64,000 bases of DNA from Eledone cirrhosa (taxonomy: Eukaryota), in the NCBI GenBank assembly GCA_964016885.1, contig OZ024745.1:95356001-95420000 (forward strand), given 5' to 3'. The position numbers were made by a program, and so were the translations under genes. Shown one piece after another: positions 12,740-25,628 of this stretch. The first letter of the stretch is position 1; each line of letters starts with the position of its first letter. Under the pieces are notes generated by a model. It searched no databases. It was not told the origin of the DNA and saw nothing but the letters and a program-made list of their open reading frames with translations.

Positions 12740-12850
12740 CAAATCCTGCCGAGGTTAACTTTGCCTTTCATCCTTACGAGGTCGATAAAATAAAGTACCA
12801 GTAATGCACTGGCATAATTGCTGGCCTTGTGCCAAAAGTAGAAATAATTA
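12740..12850 (+). mobile_element. 5'-truncated SINE copy
   Basis: gttcaaatcctgccgaggttaactttgcctttcatcc...aaaagtagaaa matches the 8380 SINE. Confidence 0.85.
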
Positions 12851-13188
12851 TATTGTATATTTGTGTTATATTACTGTGTTATATTTGATATAGCTATTCC
12901 GCACTTAACGACCATTTCCTTTAACAAACACTCACATTTTCAACTGTAATTTTTTTGTATACACATATTTATATATTTATATTATGTTTTTTTTTTATTT
13001 TATGTAATTTTGTTTGTTATGTATTTTTGTTTGCTATGTATTCAAGAAATCCTTATTTTTTATGTTTCAATTATTTGTATATTTGTCAGAGGTTTACAAA
13101 TTAAAACAGATTTACTATAGTGTTAACTGTCTTACTTTCTCCTTTTATCTCTCTCTATATCTATCTATTTATATCTGTATACATACAT

Positions 13189-13236
<48 letters not shown>

Positions 13237-13239
<3 letters not shown>

Positions 13240-15336
13240 CAAATGGAAACTATATTTATAAGACCATATATTTCAAGGGCCACCAAGGCAAATTATGGTG
13301 CGCTTTCATCAGATAAAATACAATACAGATTAGCTTTATAAATAAATATTGACATACCCTGAAAAAAAGACAACCTTAACGGTTGGAGCTTCCTGGATAG
13401 TGGAGATATTACATTTATTGAGGGTGATAGAAAGTTATGATTGAGTATGCAAATGAGTTTCCGAAAGGTTGAAAAGATAACGGTTTATTTAAATTAAACT
13501 GTTAGAAGAAGGTGATATTGTGAGGGAGAGAGAAAAAAGAAAGAAAGAGAAAAAGAAGGAATGATTATATATATTTTTGACAGTGAAAATATTGTGAAGA
13601 GAGGAGAGCGTGATTATATTTTTAAGTGGGAGAAAATATTAGTTACAAAGGACAAATACAGCGTAAGTATATTTACGTGAGAGGAAAGAAGAAGAAATAA
13701 AGAAATGAGGATAGCGTGGAGGAATAATATTTATATTGCAGGATTCGTTATGTTTTGATTATAATATTTATAATGATAGGTTGAAAAAATGTGATTAAAG
13801 GTTTTATTAATAATTTAATAATTAGTTTAAATGTGTATGTTAAGGATTATAAATTATTAAAAAATATATATTATATATTATAGTTTATTTTATTAAAAGT
13901 TGTAAGTCAAAATTTAAAATATCCAAATAATTCTAAATTAATGGTATTCTGGTTAGGTTTTAAGTTTCTGTTATTAATTCTATTAATATTCTGCGCTAAA
14001 TTCATAGTGGTGGAATATGATAGTTTAATAGTATGTCTATTAAATATTGAGTAATACCTGTGTGTTCTAGGAAAGCATTTATCTAGAGCTTTAAAGAATA
14101 ATTTCGCAATAGAAGTTTTAATACTTAATGAGAAAGGGGGGAGCGAACCATAATATATTTCTAGTTCTATTTTTCTTTTGGTTTTCGAGTTATTGTAAGG
14201 TTTTCTATTATAATATTTATAGTTATGGTTAGTTGGCACATCCTTATTATCAATGTATTTAATTTTATTACTATAACCTGCTCTACCTAACGCTTCGTTA
14301 TAATATTGTGCCTTATCTTCAAATATATTCTTATTAGCTGAAATTCTAGAAATACGTTGCTGCACAGAATTTACAATAGTGTTTATAACGGATCTGGGGT
14401 GATTGGAATTAAAGTTAACATAGTTTAGATTCTCATTTATTTTATGAAATGGATAATAAAGACCAGTGTTAAGGTTTAAAGTTACATCTAAAAAATTAAC
14501 TATTTTATAATTATTCTCTACTTCTACTTTAAGATTAAGGCGATTAAAAAATTGTATAATTTCTTTTCTTTTCCTATTTATTTCACAATTATTATTATTT
14601 TCTATAAGTAATAGCATATCGTCATGATATAAACCACCGGTCATCTCCGGTATTTTCCTATGTAAAGTATTGTTAATAAAAATCCCCACAAGATCCGTTA
14701 TTTGTGCCGAGTCGGATGATCCCATAGTAATATCAAAATTATTATCTCTGTCTGCTCTAGTCCAGAGGTGGTTGTTAAATTTAATTAATGTTTTACGTGC
14801 AGTTAAGATAATGTGAATTTCATTACTAGTTAAATCTGTATATTTAAATGCATATGTAAGGGCTTTATTAAGTAGATTAGGAGTGATAGATGAGTAATAA
14901 TTAGCAATATCCAATTGAATAAATTTATTGTTATACTTATATTTAATGTCCTTAAACCAGTCGATAACTTCGTTAGTCCCTTTCCATAATTTTAAATAAG
15001 ATAATTCCTTAAGTTGTGGTATGATTCTATCTAAGATATTCTTGCTAAGTATGCCAAGGTCCGATTTAGATGGTTCAATCAATCTAACTGGTAATTCAAT
15101 TTCAAAATTTCTTTTATGGTCCTTCATATTAATTTTTGGTTTCCTAGGTATGAAGGGTTGAGTCCTATTTTCGATGCCTAATTCCTGCATTATATAAGAA
15201 GCTTCCGTATTTAGTTTTTCAAGGTCATCACTGGTTGCTCTTTTGTAATTCTTCCTTAATTCCTTCAATATCTTCCTTAATTCCTTCAACATCTTTAAGC
15301 TTGTTGAATCCCAACAAATTAAATATAACCTCTGCA
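13237..15336 (-). mobile_element. Penelope-like element, RT ORF 13907-15337, no endonuclease visible
   Basis: MKDHK...VRLIEPSKSDLG, QLDIANYYSSI, FDITMGSSDSAQITDLVG, GGLYHDD, VNFLDVTLNL and SNHP are PLE RT motifs. A hammerhead-like motif lies downstream. Confidence 0.9.
13250..13322 (-). ncRNA. Candidate hammerhead ribozyme in PLE 3' region
   Basis: Minus strand reads CTGATGA-aagcgcacca...tggtggccctt-GAAA-tatatg-GTC. Stem II is imperfect and stem I is AT-rich and imperfect. Confidence 0.55.
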
Positions 15337-15539
15337 TATATATATATATATATATATATTATCATGATGATGAGATGATGGCTGCAACTCGATTTCGAGT
15401 AATGCCATCGATTGATACTTAGCATGAGCATGACGGACGTGGAATTTTAGTCATGCATGCAAACGAAGTCGCATGTTTTAAATCAGAGTGACCTTCTCCT
15501 AGAGAGATGTCTTAATGAAGACAAGGAGTCTCTCGCTCC

Positions 15540-15870
15540 ACGCATACGCATGCGCACAAGTATAGCTTTTTATACAAAATTTCAGATAAACGCTCTCCGT
15601 CATCCACTTTTCTAAAAAAATATCTCATACACAAAATTCCAGCATCAACAGTTTTCCAAGAGATGGCGACATGAATCGACCTGTTATTTTTCTCTAAAGA
15701 CATTTTTTTCCAATTCTACCCCGCCCGCCCCTTCAATCTTTCTAATTTCTCATTCTTTCTTCTGATGAAGGACCAGCGTCCGAAACGGTAAGGCCCTCTT
15801 CCTGCTATATCAAGCGTTAACCTAATATATTCCTCCATATACTGTACCGATTGTGTTATTTCTGTTTAGA
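15540..15870 (+). mobile_element. Solo PLE pLTR-like repeat with hammerhead motif (15758-15793)
   Basis: Homologous to the reverse of 2188-2540. Contains tctt-CTGATGA-a-GGAC-cagc-GTCC-GAAA-cg-gt-aagg. Confidence 0.75.
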
Positions 15871-15889
15871 GTTTACATACATACATGTG

Positions 15890-15994
<105 letters not shown>

Positions 15995-16789
15995 ATACAA
16001 ATCTCAATATTACTTATTCTGTCTGTAAAACTATGAGTTATGTACCGGTATATTTTAATATTGTATTATTCTAATGCTTCATTAGTAGAGTGACTAGCTC
16101 GAAGATTAGAGAGTCACTCTTTGTAGAACCGTTGTTTTTCCGAATTGAGAGATCACAGCTCCGATACAACGGACCTGAGGTTAGAATGTCTCAGGAAATA
16201 ATAGTTCGTTAAATGTTAGAGGCAAAACCAACTGAATCGATTGGAAACGGCTGATTCTGACAGAACCAACTGGAAGGCATGCTTGGAGACTTTTCCCCTC
16301 ACGAACATCCCAGAGGAGGAGGAGGAGGAGGAGGAGAAGAAGAAGAAGAAGAATATTCTAATGAATCAGAGTGTGAAGATTTCAGATTAGCTCCACTAAG
16401 TGTTTCCTATATAGTACTTTGCAAGATATTAATACAAAATGATTTGAAAGAAAATCATTAAAAATTATTTAATTTAAAATCTAATTACAAATTTTTAGTG
16501 TATTAGTTCATTAAGCACAATTAATTGGCTTTATTTTTTTTGTACTATTCCCCCATTATTGAAAATTTTATTTTCAAAACATAAATAAATATGAGAAAGA
16601 AAGATAAAAACAAAATTAAGTAATGGGGGGCGAGTTAGGAAGGGCAGATCTGACTGTATGGGAAAGTAGAAGAAAGAACTATGAAAGCCATAAATGAGAG
16701 GAAAAGGAGGCGACGGGGGGAAACAAGGACTCTATCGCCACAGAAAAAAGGGAGTGAGAAAGGGCGAAGGTGATGGGCTCTGGGCCTAG

Positions 16790-17020
16790 GGCGCGGCGGT
16801 GTTGGGTCTGCGCCCCACGAACGACACCGCAAAAGCATTTCCGCGGACAATTGCCATCGACGCCCGCTGCAACAGCCACCCCACCTCGCGGGGTTATTTC
16901 CTCAGACGGGCTGCTGAAGTTCCGATCTTGCTGAGGAGCTGGGCAGTACGGGTTCCGAGTACGCCTGTGGTCTCTACGACATGTGCGAATAGAAAGCGGC
17001 TGGACAATCGCCGATATTAG
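16790..17020 (-). mobile_element. CRE-like non-LTR retrotransposon 3' fragment (restriction-like endonuclease C-terminus)
   Basis: Translation YRRLSSRFLFAHVVETTGVLG...PREVGWLLQRASMAIVRGNA matches the CRE-type KY...vETxG...LxQRxSxAIxRGNA ending. Confidence 0.7.
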
Positions 17021-17150
17021 TTTTGGCTAACACTTTGGCTACTGAACTTATTAACTACGGTATATGTAATTCAAAGTTAGAACATATTACGTCAAAGTGA
17101 GAATGACGATTTCGAAGTGAGGAACAGCGTGGCGTTAAACAATGTTTTTA

Positions 17151-17560
17151 TCTATATTATAAAGCTTTCGCCAAGCGGCTGGACCAAACAGCACCAAATT
17201 TGCGCCATAGATGTAACTTTTTCCTAGTAAGAATGTGACGGTATTTTTGTCTTCTAAATTTCGTTAAAAGATTAAAGATATTTTATCGTTTATTTAAATA
17301 TACACTTCTTTAAAATGTTCAAATGACAACACTTCCGGTTATACGACATCGCTCACTCTTTCTTAGTCTGTCTTTTTAGATAGATACATAGCTATAACGT
17401 TGCGCCCCTATAATATGTCTATGTGTGTCTGGTTGACTGCATTAGATACATAGCTATAACGAAATATTTGCTTCTGCGTTCACAGATCGAATTTTTTTAG
17501 TTTCAGAAGATCCCGTTAAGGCTGTAAGAAGCGATTCTTTGCTTAAATTTTAATCTGTTA

Positions 17561-17603
<43 letters not shown>

Positions 17604-17985
17604 GTGTACAGATATTTTTGCATCACGAAAGCACAGGCGGCTTATCGTCATTGTTACTGCCGATATGCCACCGAAAATGTCCCAGCCTGGCCGCAAGATC
17701 AGATTTTCCAGAAGAAAAAATGTTACTAGAGCAACAGAGAGACTAAGCTTCGCGATTACCATCAACAAAGCTCACGGTAAAACCCTAAAAGTGGCTGGCC
17801 TTCATGTGGGAAAACCATGCTTTTCCCATGGTCAATTGTATGTAGGATGCTCTAGGGTGAGCTCGCCAAACAATCTCCTCATCTTTGCACCGGAGGGCCG
17901 AACAAAAAATATTGTATACTCTGAGGCTCTAAAAATGTAATTTATGAATTTTCTGTTATTTGGAATTTCCATTATGGTTGTACAA
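17151..17985 (+). mobile_element. Non-autonomous Helitron fragment carrying Pif1 helicase C-terminus
   Basis: 5' tctatattataaag. ORF 17665-17940 has SFAITINKAHGKTL...FSHGQLYVGCSRV...TKNIVY (Pif1 motifs V-VI). A second copy lies at 42620-43990. Confidence 0.8.
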
Positions 17986-18129
17986 ATCTGGCTGATCAGT
18001 AGATCTGCTTATATGAAGATCTGACAGATCAGCCAGTCTGCTAATATGCAAATCGGGCCGATCAGTCACTGTATATTTTAGAAAATATCATATATTTTCA
18101 CTAGCTCTGACAGTTGGCAGGTGAACAGT

Positions 18130-18179
18130 GAACTGTACTGATGAAGGGTGATACCCAGAAACATTAGTCTCTGCAGTTC
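18130..18179 (+). ncRNA. Candidate type-I hammerhead ribozyme
   Basis: gaactgta-CTGATGA-a-GGGT-gat-ACCC-a-GAAA-c-atta-GTC-tc-tgcagttc. Stem I is gaactgta/tgcagttc. The following 110 bp is related to 47620-47741. Confidence 0.6.
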
Positions 18180-18322
18180 TGTTTATATGCCAACACAAGA
18201 TCAAGAATGAGGGGCTCATTCTACCGGCATGGCTTTAAAAATGAGGCTGTTTTCATAATCTTATTATTAATATTCAAAAAACTCAGATTACATTTATTGT
18301 ATTTAGCCATGTAGAGCGAAAA

Positions 18323-18324
<2 letters not shown>

Positions 18325-18353
<29 letters not shown>

Positions 18354-18779
18354 GTTGTTATTACTCTTTGAGTCTCAGTCATTGATGTTAGTTAACTGGA
18401 AAGTTTGTTGAAATGAATATCAAGCCACTACCTGCAGCCTCAGATATTCAGGACGTATCACATCATGTCTCCAGCCCTTATAGTGAGTCTGGGCTAGGTG
18501 CTTACACTCGGATACAATGTGAGCCACAGTCTCCTCTCTCTCTCTCCACAGATCCAGCACAGTGGGCTAGCCTCCTCCTTGTAAATATGGTGTTTCAACC
18601 ACTTCATTTTGAGGGCCTGCTCCTGCGCAGCCATTAACATTCCTTCTATAGCCTTTTTAAGGTCTCCTCTTTTCAACCAGTTCCATGTCTGTGGATCTCT
18701 AAATTCAGTTTTCTCAAAGAAGGTATTATGAAGGGATTTTTCCTGAAGGCTGCTCTTTCTCCTTGATGTTATTTCCTCC

Positions 18780-18813
<34 letters not shown>

Positions 18814-19675
18814 GTTGTTGTTATTCCTTGAATCTCAGTCATTGATGTTGGTTAACTGGAAAGTCCGTTGGAATGAATATCAAGCCACTACCTGCAGCCT
18901 CAGATATTCAGGACGTATCGGAGGGTTCTTGCTGTTCCCAGCAAGCATGCCTTTTGAAGCGTTCCAAAAAGCGTGAAGGGGCCAATTTTCTTTAACCATC
19001 CCTGGAAACTTTTTGAAATAGTTCATAGTGCGCCTATGACTTCATGGCAGTTCCAAATCCTTTTTACCTCCCACTTTAAGTCCTGGTATCGGTTAATTTT
19101 CTCCCTCTCCTTCTCTTGCACTCTCGTGTCGAATGGGCAGGCCACATCCACAATCAGGCACGATCTTTTTCTTTGTCCACAACCACCAGGTCAGGTCTAT
19201 TGTGTTCCAGTTTCTTGTCCGTCTGTATCCTAAAATCCCACAGCACCTTCACCTGATCGTTTTCTATCACCGCTTCTGGCTTATGCTCCTACCACTTCTC
19301 AGAATGTGGTAAATTGTTTACTTTGCATAGGTGCCAGTGGATCACCCTGCCTATCACATCATGTCTCCAGCCCTTATAGTGAGTCTGGGCTAGGTGCTTA
19401 CACTCGGACACAATGTGAGCCACAGTCTCCTCTCTCTCTCTCCACAGATCCAGCACAGTGGGCTAGCCTCCTCCTTGTAAATATGGTGTTTCAACCACTT
19501 CGTTTTGAGGGCCTGCTCCTGCGCAGCCATTAACATTCCTTCTGTAGCCTTTTTAAGGTCTCCTCTTTTCAACCAGTTCCATGTCTGTGGATCTCTAAAT
19601 TCAGTTTTCTCAAAGAAGGTATTATGAAGGGATTTTTCCTGAAGGCTGCTCTTTCTCCTTGATGTTATTTCCTCC

Positions 19676-19712
<37 letters not shown>

Positions 19713-20138
19713 GTTGTTGTTATTCCTTGAATCTCAGTCATTGATGTTGGTTAACTGGAAAGTCCGTTGGAATGAATATCAAGCCACTACCTGCAGCCTC
19801 AGATATTCAGGACGTATCACATCATGTCTCCAGCCCTTATAGTGAGTCTGGGCTAGGTGCTTACACTCGGATACAATGTGAGCCACAGTCTCCTCTCTCT
19901 CTCTCCACAGATCCAGCACAGTGGGCTAGCCTCCTCCTTGTAAATATGGTGTTTCAACCACTTCATTTTGAGGGCCTGCTCCTGCGCAGCCATTAACATT
20001 CCTTCTATAGCCTTTTTAAGGTCTCCTCTTTTCAACCAGTTCCATGTCTGTGGATCTCTAAATTCAGTTTTCTCAAAGAAGGTATTATGAAGGGATTTTT
20101 CCTGAAGGCTGCTCTTTCTCCTTGATGTTATTTCCTCC

Positions 20139-20172
<34 letters not shown>

Positions 20173-21034
20173 GTTGTTGTTATTCCTTGAATCTCAGTCA
20201 TTGATGTTGGTTAACTGGAAAGTCCGTTGGAATGAATATCAAGCCACTACCTGCAGCCTCAGATATTCAGGACGTATCGGAGGGTTCTTGCTGTTCCCAG
20301 CAAGCATGCCTTTTGAAGCGTTCCAAAAAGCGTGAAGGGGCCAATTTTCTTTAACCATCCCTGGAAACTTTTTGAAATAGTTCATAGTGCGCCTATGACT
20401 TCATGGCAGTTCCAAATCCTTTTTACCTCCCACTTTAAGTCCTGGTATCGGTTAATTTTCTCCCTCTCCTTCTCTTGCACTCTCGTGTCGAATGGGCAGG
20501 CCACATCCACAATCAGGCACGATCTTTTTCTTTGTCCACAACCACCAGGTCAGGTCTATTGTGTTCCAGTTTCTTGTCCGTCTGTATCCTAAAATCCCAC
20601 AGCACCTTCACCTGATCGTTTTCTATCACCGCTTCTGGCTTATGCTCCTACCACTTCTCAGAATGTGGTAAATTGTTTACTTTGCATAGGTGCCAGTGGA
20701 TCACCCTGCCTATCACATCATGTCTCCAGCCCTTATAGTGAGTCTGGGCTAGGTGCTTACACTCGGACACAATGTGAGCCACAGTCTCCTCTCTCTCTCT
20801 CCACAGATCCAGCACAGTGGGCTAGCCTCCTCCTTGTAAATATGGTGTTTCAACCACTTCGTTTTGAGGGCCTGCTCCTGCGCAGCCATTAACATTCCTT
20901 CTGTAGCCTTTTTAAGGTCTCCTCTTTTCAACCAGTTCCATGTCTGTGGATCTCTAAATTCAGTTTTCTCAAAGAAGGTATTATGAAGGGATTTTTCCTG
21001 AAGGCTGCTCTTTCTCCTTGATGTTATTTCCTCC

Positions 21035-21035
<1 letters not shown>
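18325..21035 (-). repeat. Tandem array of four truncated R4/Dong-like 3' ends (short-long-short-long, period 1359 bp)
   Basis: Identical ORFs recur at +1359 (18413/19772, 18973/20332, 19306/20665). Each unit ends at ...ttatttcctcct followed by (ATT)n. Confidence 0.92.
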
Positions 21036-21071
<36 letters not shown>

Positions 21072-24000
21072 GTTGTTGTTATTCCTTGAATCTCAGTCAT
21101 TGATGTTGGTTAACTGGAAAGTCCGTTGGAATGAATATCAAGCCACTACCTGCAGCCTCAGATATTCAGGACGTATCGGAGGGTTCTTGCTGTTCCAAGC
21201 AAGCATGCCTTTTGAAGCGTTCAAAAAAGCGTGAAGGGGCCGATTTTCTTTAACCATCCCTGGAAACTTTTAGAGATAGTCCCCAGTGCGCCTATGACAA
21301 TCGGGATCACGTTGACTTCATGGCAGTTCCAAATCCTTTTCACCTCCCACTTTAGGTCCTGGTATCGGTTAATTTTCTCCCTCTCCTTCTCTTGCACTCT
21401 CGTGTCGAAAGGGCAGGCCACATCCACAATCAGACACGATCTTTTTTCTTTGTCCACAACCACCAGGTCAGGTCTATTGTGTTCCAGTTTTTTGTCCGTC
21501 TGTATCCTAAAATCCCACAGCACCTTCACCTGATTGTTCTCCATCACCGCCTCTGGCCTATGCTCATACCATTTCTCAGAATGTGGTAAATTGTTTACTT
21601 TGCACAGGTGCCAGTGGATCACCCTGCCCATCACATCGTGTCTCCAGCCCTTATAGTGGGTCTGGGCTAGGTGTTTACACTCGGACACAATGTGAGCCAC
21701 AGTCTCCTCTCTCTCTCCACAGATCCTGCACAGTGGGCTAGCCTCCTCCTTGTAAATATGGTGCTTCAACCACTTCGTTTTGAGGGCCTGCTCCTGCGCA
21801 GCCATTAGCATTCCTTCTGTAGCCTTTTTGAGGTCTCCTCTTCTCAACCAGTTCCATGTCTGTGGATCTCTAAATTCAGTTTTCTCAAAGAAGGTACTAT
21901 GAAGGGATTTTCCCTTAAGGCTGCTCTTCCTCCTTGATGTTATTTCCTCCTTGGACATCCCCTGGCCTACTGTCCCCTCCTTCAGTACAGTTTTGAGCAT
22001 TGGCTCCTTACTATAGGTCACGTATTTGTATAGGTTGTTTTTCTCCATCTGAACACAGTCCTCTATGCTGATAAGACCTCTTCCACCCTCAGATCTCCTT
22101 AGGTAGAGTCTATCGACATCACTCCTCTTGTGGAACATGTTGTAGATAGTCAATAGCTTCCTAGTCTTCCTATCCATTTCTTTTTGTTCAGAAACATTCC
22201 ATCTCAGAATTCCCGCACTGTACCTAATAATAGACAAAGCTCGGGAATTTACTGCGCTTATGGCATTTCTGCTGTTCAGATGTGACTTCAATACGCTCCT
22301 TACTCTCCGAATGTATTCAGTTCTTAAAAATTCCTTCATTTTTTTGTTCTTTATGCCATCAGCCTCCAGAACGCCCAAATACTTGTATCCTTCCTCAGAG
22401 TCAATTTCCTTTATCATCTCACCTGTTGGTATCTGGATCCTGCTACTTCTGCTCAACCTACCCCTCCTCATCACAATGACTCCACATTTACCAATACCAA
22501 ACTGCATACATATATCACTGCTGAAAATACGGACAGTGTCAACAAGCACATCCAACTCCTTCTCACTTTTCCCGAAGAGCTTAAGATCGTCCATGAAGAG
22601 GAGGTGATTGATGGTAAGCTCTCCCCTTCCCAAATTGTATCCTGCTCTCACTTTTCGCAGCATAATGGTCAAGGGCATTAGGGCAAGGACAAACAACAGA
22701 GGGGACAGGCTATCTCCCTGGAAGATACCTCTCTTGATCTTCACGCTTCCCAAGGATACTCCAGTTGATGTCAACTCTGTCTCCCAGGACCCCATACTCC
22801 TGCCCAGCAACTGTCTGATGTTATCTGCCACCCTGAAGATCTCCAGGCTTTTGGTGATCCAAGAATGAGGCACCATGTCAAATGCCTTTCTGTAGTCTAT
22901 CCATCCCATGGCAAGATCAGTGTGTCTCCTCCTGCAATTCCCCATTACCATCTTATCAATAAGTAACTGGTCCTTTGTACCACGTGACTTCTTTCGGCAT
23001 CCTTTCTGTTCGTCCGGTAACAAGTTGTTTGTGTGGAGGTGATGGTAGATTTCCTCAGACACAATGCTCGTCAACAGTTTCCACATTACGGACAGACATG
23101 TGATAGGTCTATAGTTGGTAACATCATTACCCTTGATTCGGTCTTTCATTATCAGAACTGTGGTACCTTTTGTCAACCACTCTGGCACCTCACCCGACAC
23201 CAAGCAGTCATTGAACATGGCCGTCAGCTTCGGGTGGATGGATGTTAAATGTTTAATCCAATACCCCTGCACACCATCTGGGCCTGGTGATTTCCAGTTG
23301 GTTAGTTTTTTGGCCTGCCCCTTAAGAGTTTCAATTGTGATACTCAAATCAGTTTGTTGTTGTGCCTGCTCACCGATCTCCCTCTGTACTGTCTCAATCC
23401 ACCCTGCCTGGGCATTATGTCTAACATCCTGCTCCCATATTCCTCTCCAGAATGTTTTAGTTTGTTCCGCCCCAGGGATCAAGTCGTTGCCTCTTTCTTT
23501 CCTCTCAAGCTGTCCAAACAGCATCTTCTGGCTGTTGTCGAACATGCGGTTCTGTTTATACTGACTGACTCTGTTCTCGTATCGCCTGATTTTTGCACTC
23601 TTTGCTACAATGCGTTGCTTCAATTCCTCTATGATAATATTTAGCTTTTTACTCCTAGTTTTGTATTTTATTTCCAGTCTATTTTTAGTGCCTATGTTTT
23701 TTAGTGTCCCATTCAGTAGTGACTCAAGCTTTCCTATGTCATTTCTCATTTCCCCGATTTGCCCACTCAGTCGCTTCTTCCACCACGGCTCTGCTCTTTC
23801 TTGTCTGTTGTTTCCTCTCGCTTTTATACCAAGTAGTTTCCTCACCGTATTTGCTGTTGCTTTGAGGATATTGTTGCACTGGTGAAGGCTCCTTGCCTCA
23901 AGGTATGGGATGACTTTGTTTACCTTAGCTGTTGTTTCTTTTAACTTTTTCCTGTCTACAAATCTTAGGTTCATATGTCTCCCACTATCATTGTTCAATT

Positions 24001-25628
24001 CATCTACCACTAAATTTAGGATGTCAACCGAATCTTGTCCTAGCCCGTCAGCATTCATCTCCTCAGTGGCCGTATCTCTGTTCCAGGTATTATTTATCTC
24101 AGTATTCAGATCATTGTCTGCTTCGGGTGGTTCCTCCGTTCTCAGGACCTCTTCACCTTCATTTCCCACTGGCTCGCTTGTCTGGCATACTACACCCGCC
24201 ATCTCCAAGCCATTCTCTCTGCTCAGTTCCTCCAGTTCCAGCTCGCTTATCCACCCATTAGTTCTTATTACCCGAGCCTGCCCGGCCAATTTTTGTTCAT
24301 CTAATTTAAATAAACCAATCTCGTTCCAGATGTTATGCATCCGTCTCCTGTAGCCCCTCTCCTTGGGGTTACTTTTCAGGTAGCATTGCATAACAGTTCT
24401 ATTCAATTCTTTCGTCCAGTTGGTTCTGGCCCTTTTCCTTTTTCTTCTTCCTCCAACATCAGCAGTATTTGGTTGACAGTCAGGTTCCTGCTGCTGAGCC
24501 AGGGGCACCTGTTGGGTGAGAGTCTGTCACATGACGTTCTAGTCTCCATTTCACCGTTATTCGAACTGTTTATGTTCGATATTTAAACACTCTTATCGAG
24601 GATTGGCGAATGTATGGTTACATAGCCATCTGTGGATCCGCCATCCCACTTGGCCCTTGTGTGGCATTATCACCACGCTGTATACGAACACACATAAACA
24701 AACAAACACACAGGCAGAAAGGGCCCCAAAAATGAATAAGCATAAGTTTCATTGTAATGTAGTGTTCGAATGTCTGACTTAGTTTTTGTTTTTTAAGTTT
24801 TAGTTTTTCCCCCCTCTTCTCTGTCCGTCCGCCTGCTTCTCTCTTCATTCTTATTTTCTTTACGTTTTGGGGGTTTCTTTTTTTGTTTTTGTTTTTCTCT
24901 GTTTGTTTTTCTCGTTTTTGCTGTTGTTGCTGTGCTGCTTTGGTTTTGTTGTTTGTTTTTTCTTTTTCTTTTGAGTCTATCTATATATTTTGATGCCTTC
25001 CTCTTTGTTAGTAGTAGCAATTCTATAATGTGGAAGTAGCAGCCAGCAGGGAGAAGTGGGAGACTGGCGGCGGTAGCGATACTGAGACAGTGGTGGTGGT
25101 GATGTCGATACCGAGGCAGTGGTGGCGGTGATGTGACCGTATTACTGTAGTGATGGTGCTGTAGCGGTGGCAGCAGTGAAGGAGTGAAGGGGTGGTGGCG
25201 GCGGTGATGGGATAGTGGTGGTAATGATGGCCGTAGTGAGCGGTGGTGGTGAAGGTGAAAATGCCGTTATCTGGCTGTTGTGTTTAGTGTACACAGATGA
25301 TGGGGTGGGTGGTGTATCTAGTTTCCGGTGTTGGTGAGTTTGGCTGTCCTATATAGTGTAGACAGAGGAGAGGAGTGGGGGGGGTTCTTCTTCCATTTAT
25401 AGCCATTTTCTTTTTTGGATATACAGTGTACAATACAAAGTTGAATATTTGAATATTTGAGCCTTATAACAATATATTTTGGGTCCGAATTTTTTGGGGC
25501 TAAAGCCGGGTGCTTTACGTAGCATTTGTACTAAGAGTTGTTATTTCACAAATGATTTAAATATGTTAAAAATTCAAAACTTACGGGAGCGATTTCATGA
25601 CCTCCGTCACCTCGTGCGTCTTCTTCCC

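Noticed and set aside
21221-21223. In-frame TGA as selenocysteine or programmed readthrough
   Set aside because: The three sister copies covering this site have GGA (Gly), so it is a point mutation or sequencing error.
21231-24586. Numerous antisense ORFs over the Dong ORF (likewise over Tx1, PLE and Helitron)
   Set aside because: They are shadow frames of transposon coding sequence with no independent motifs.
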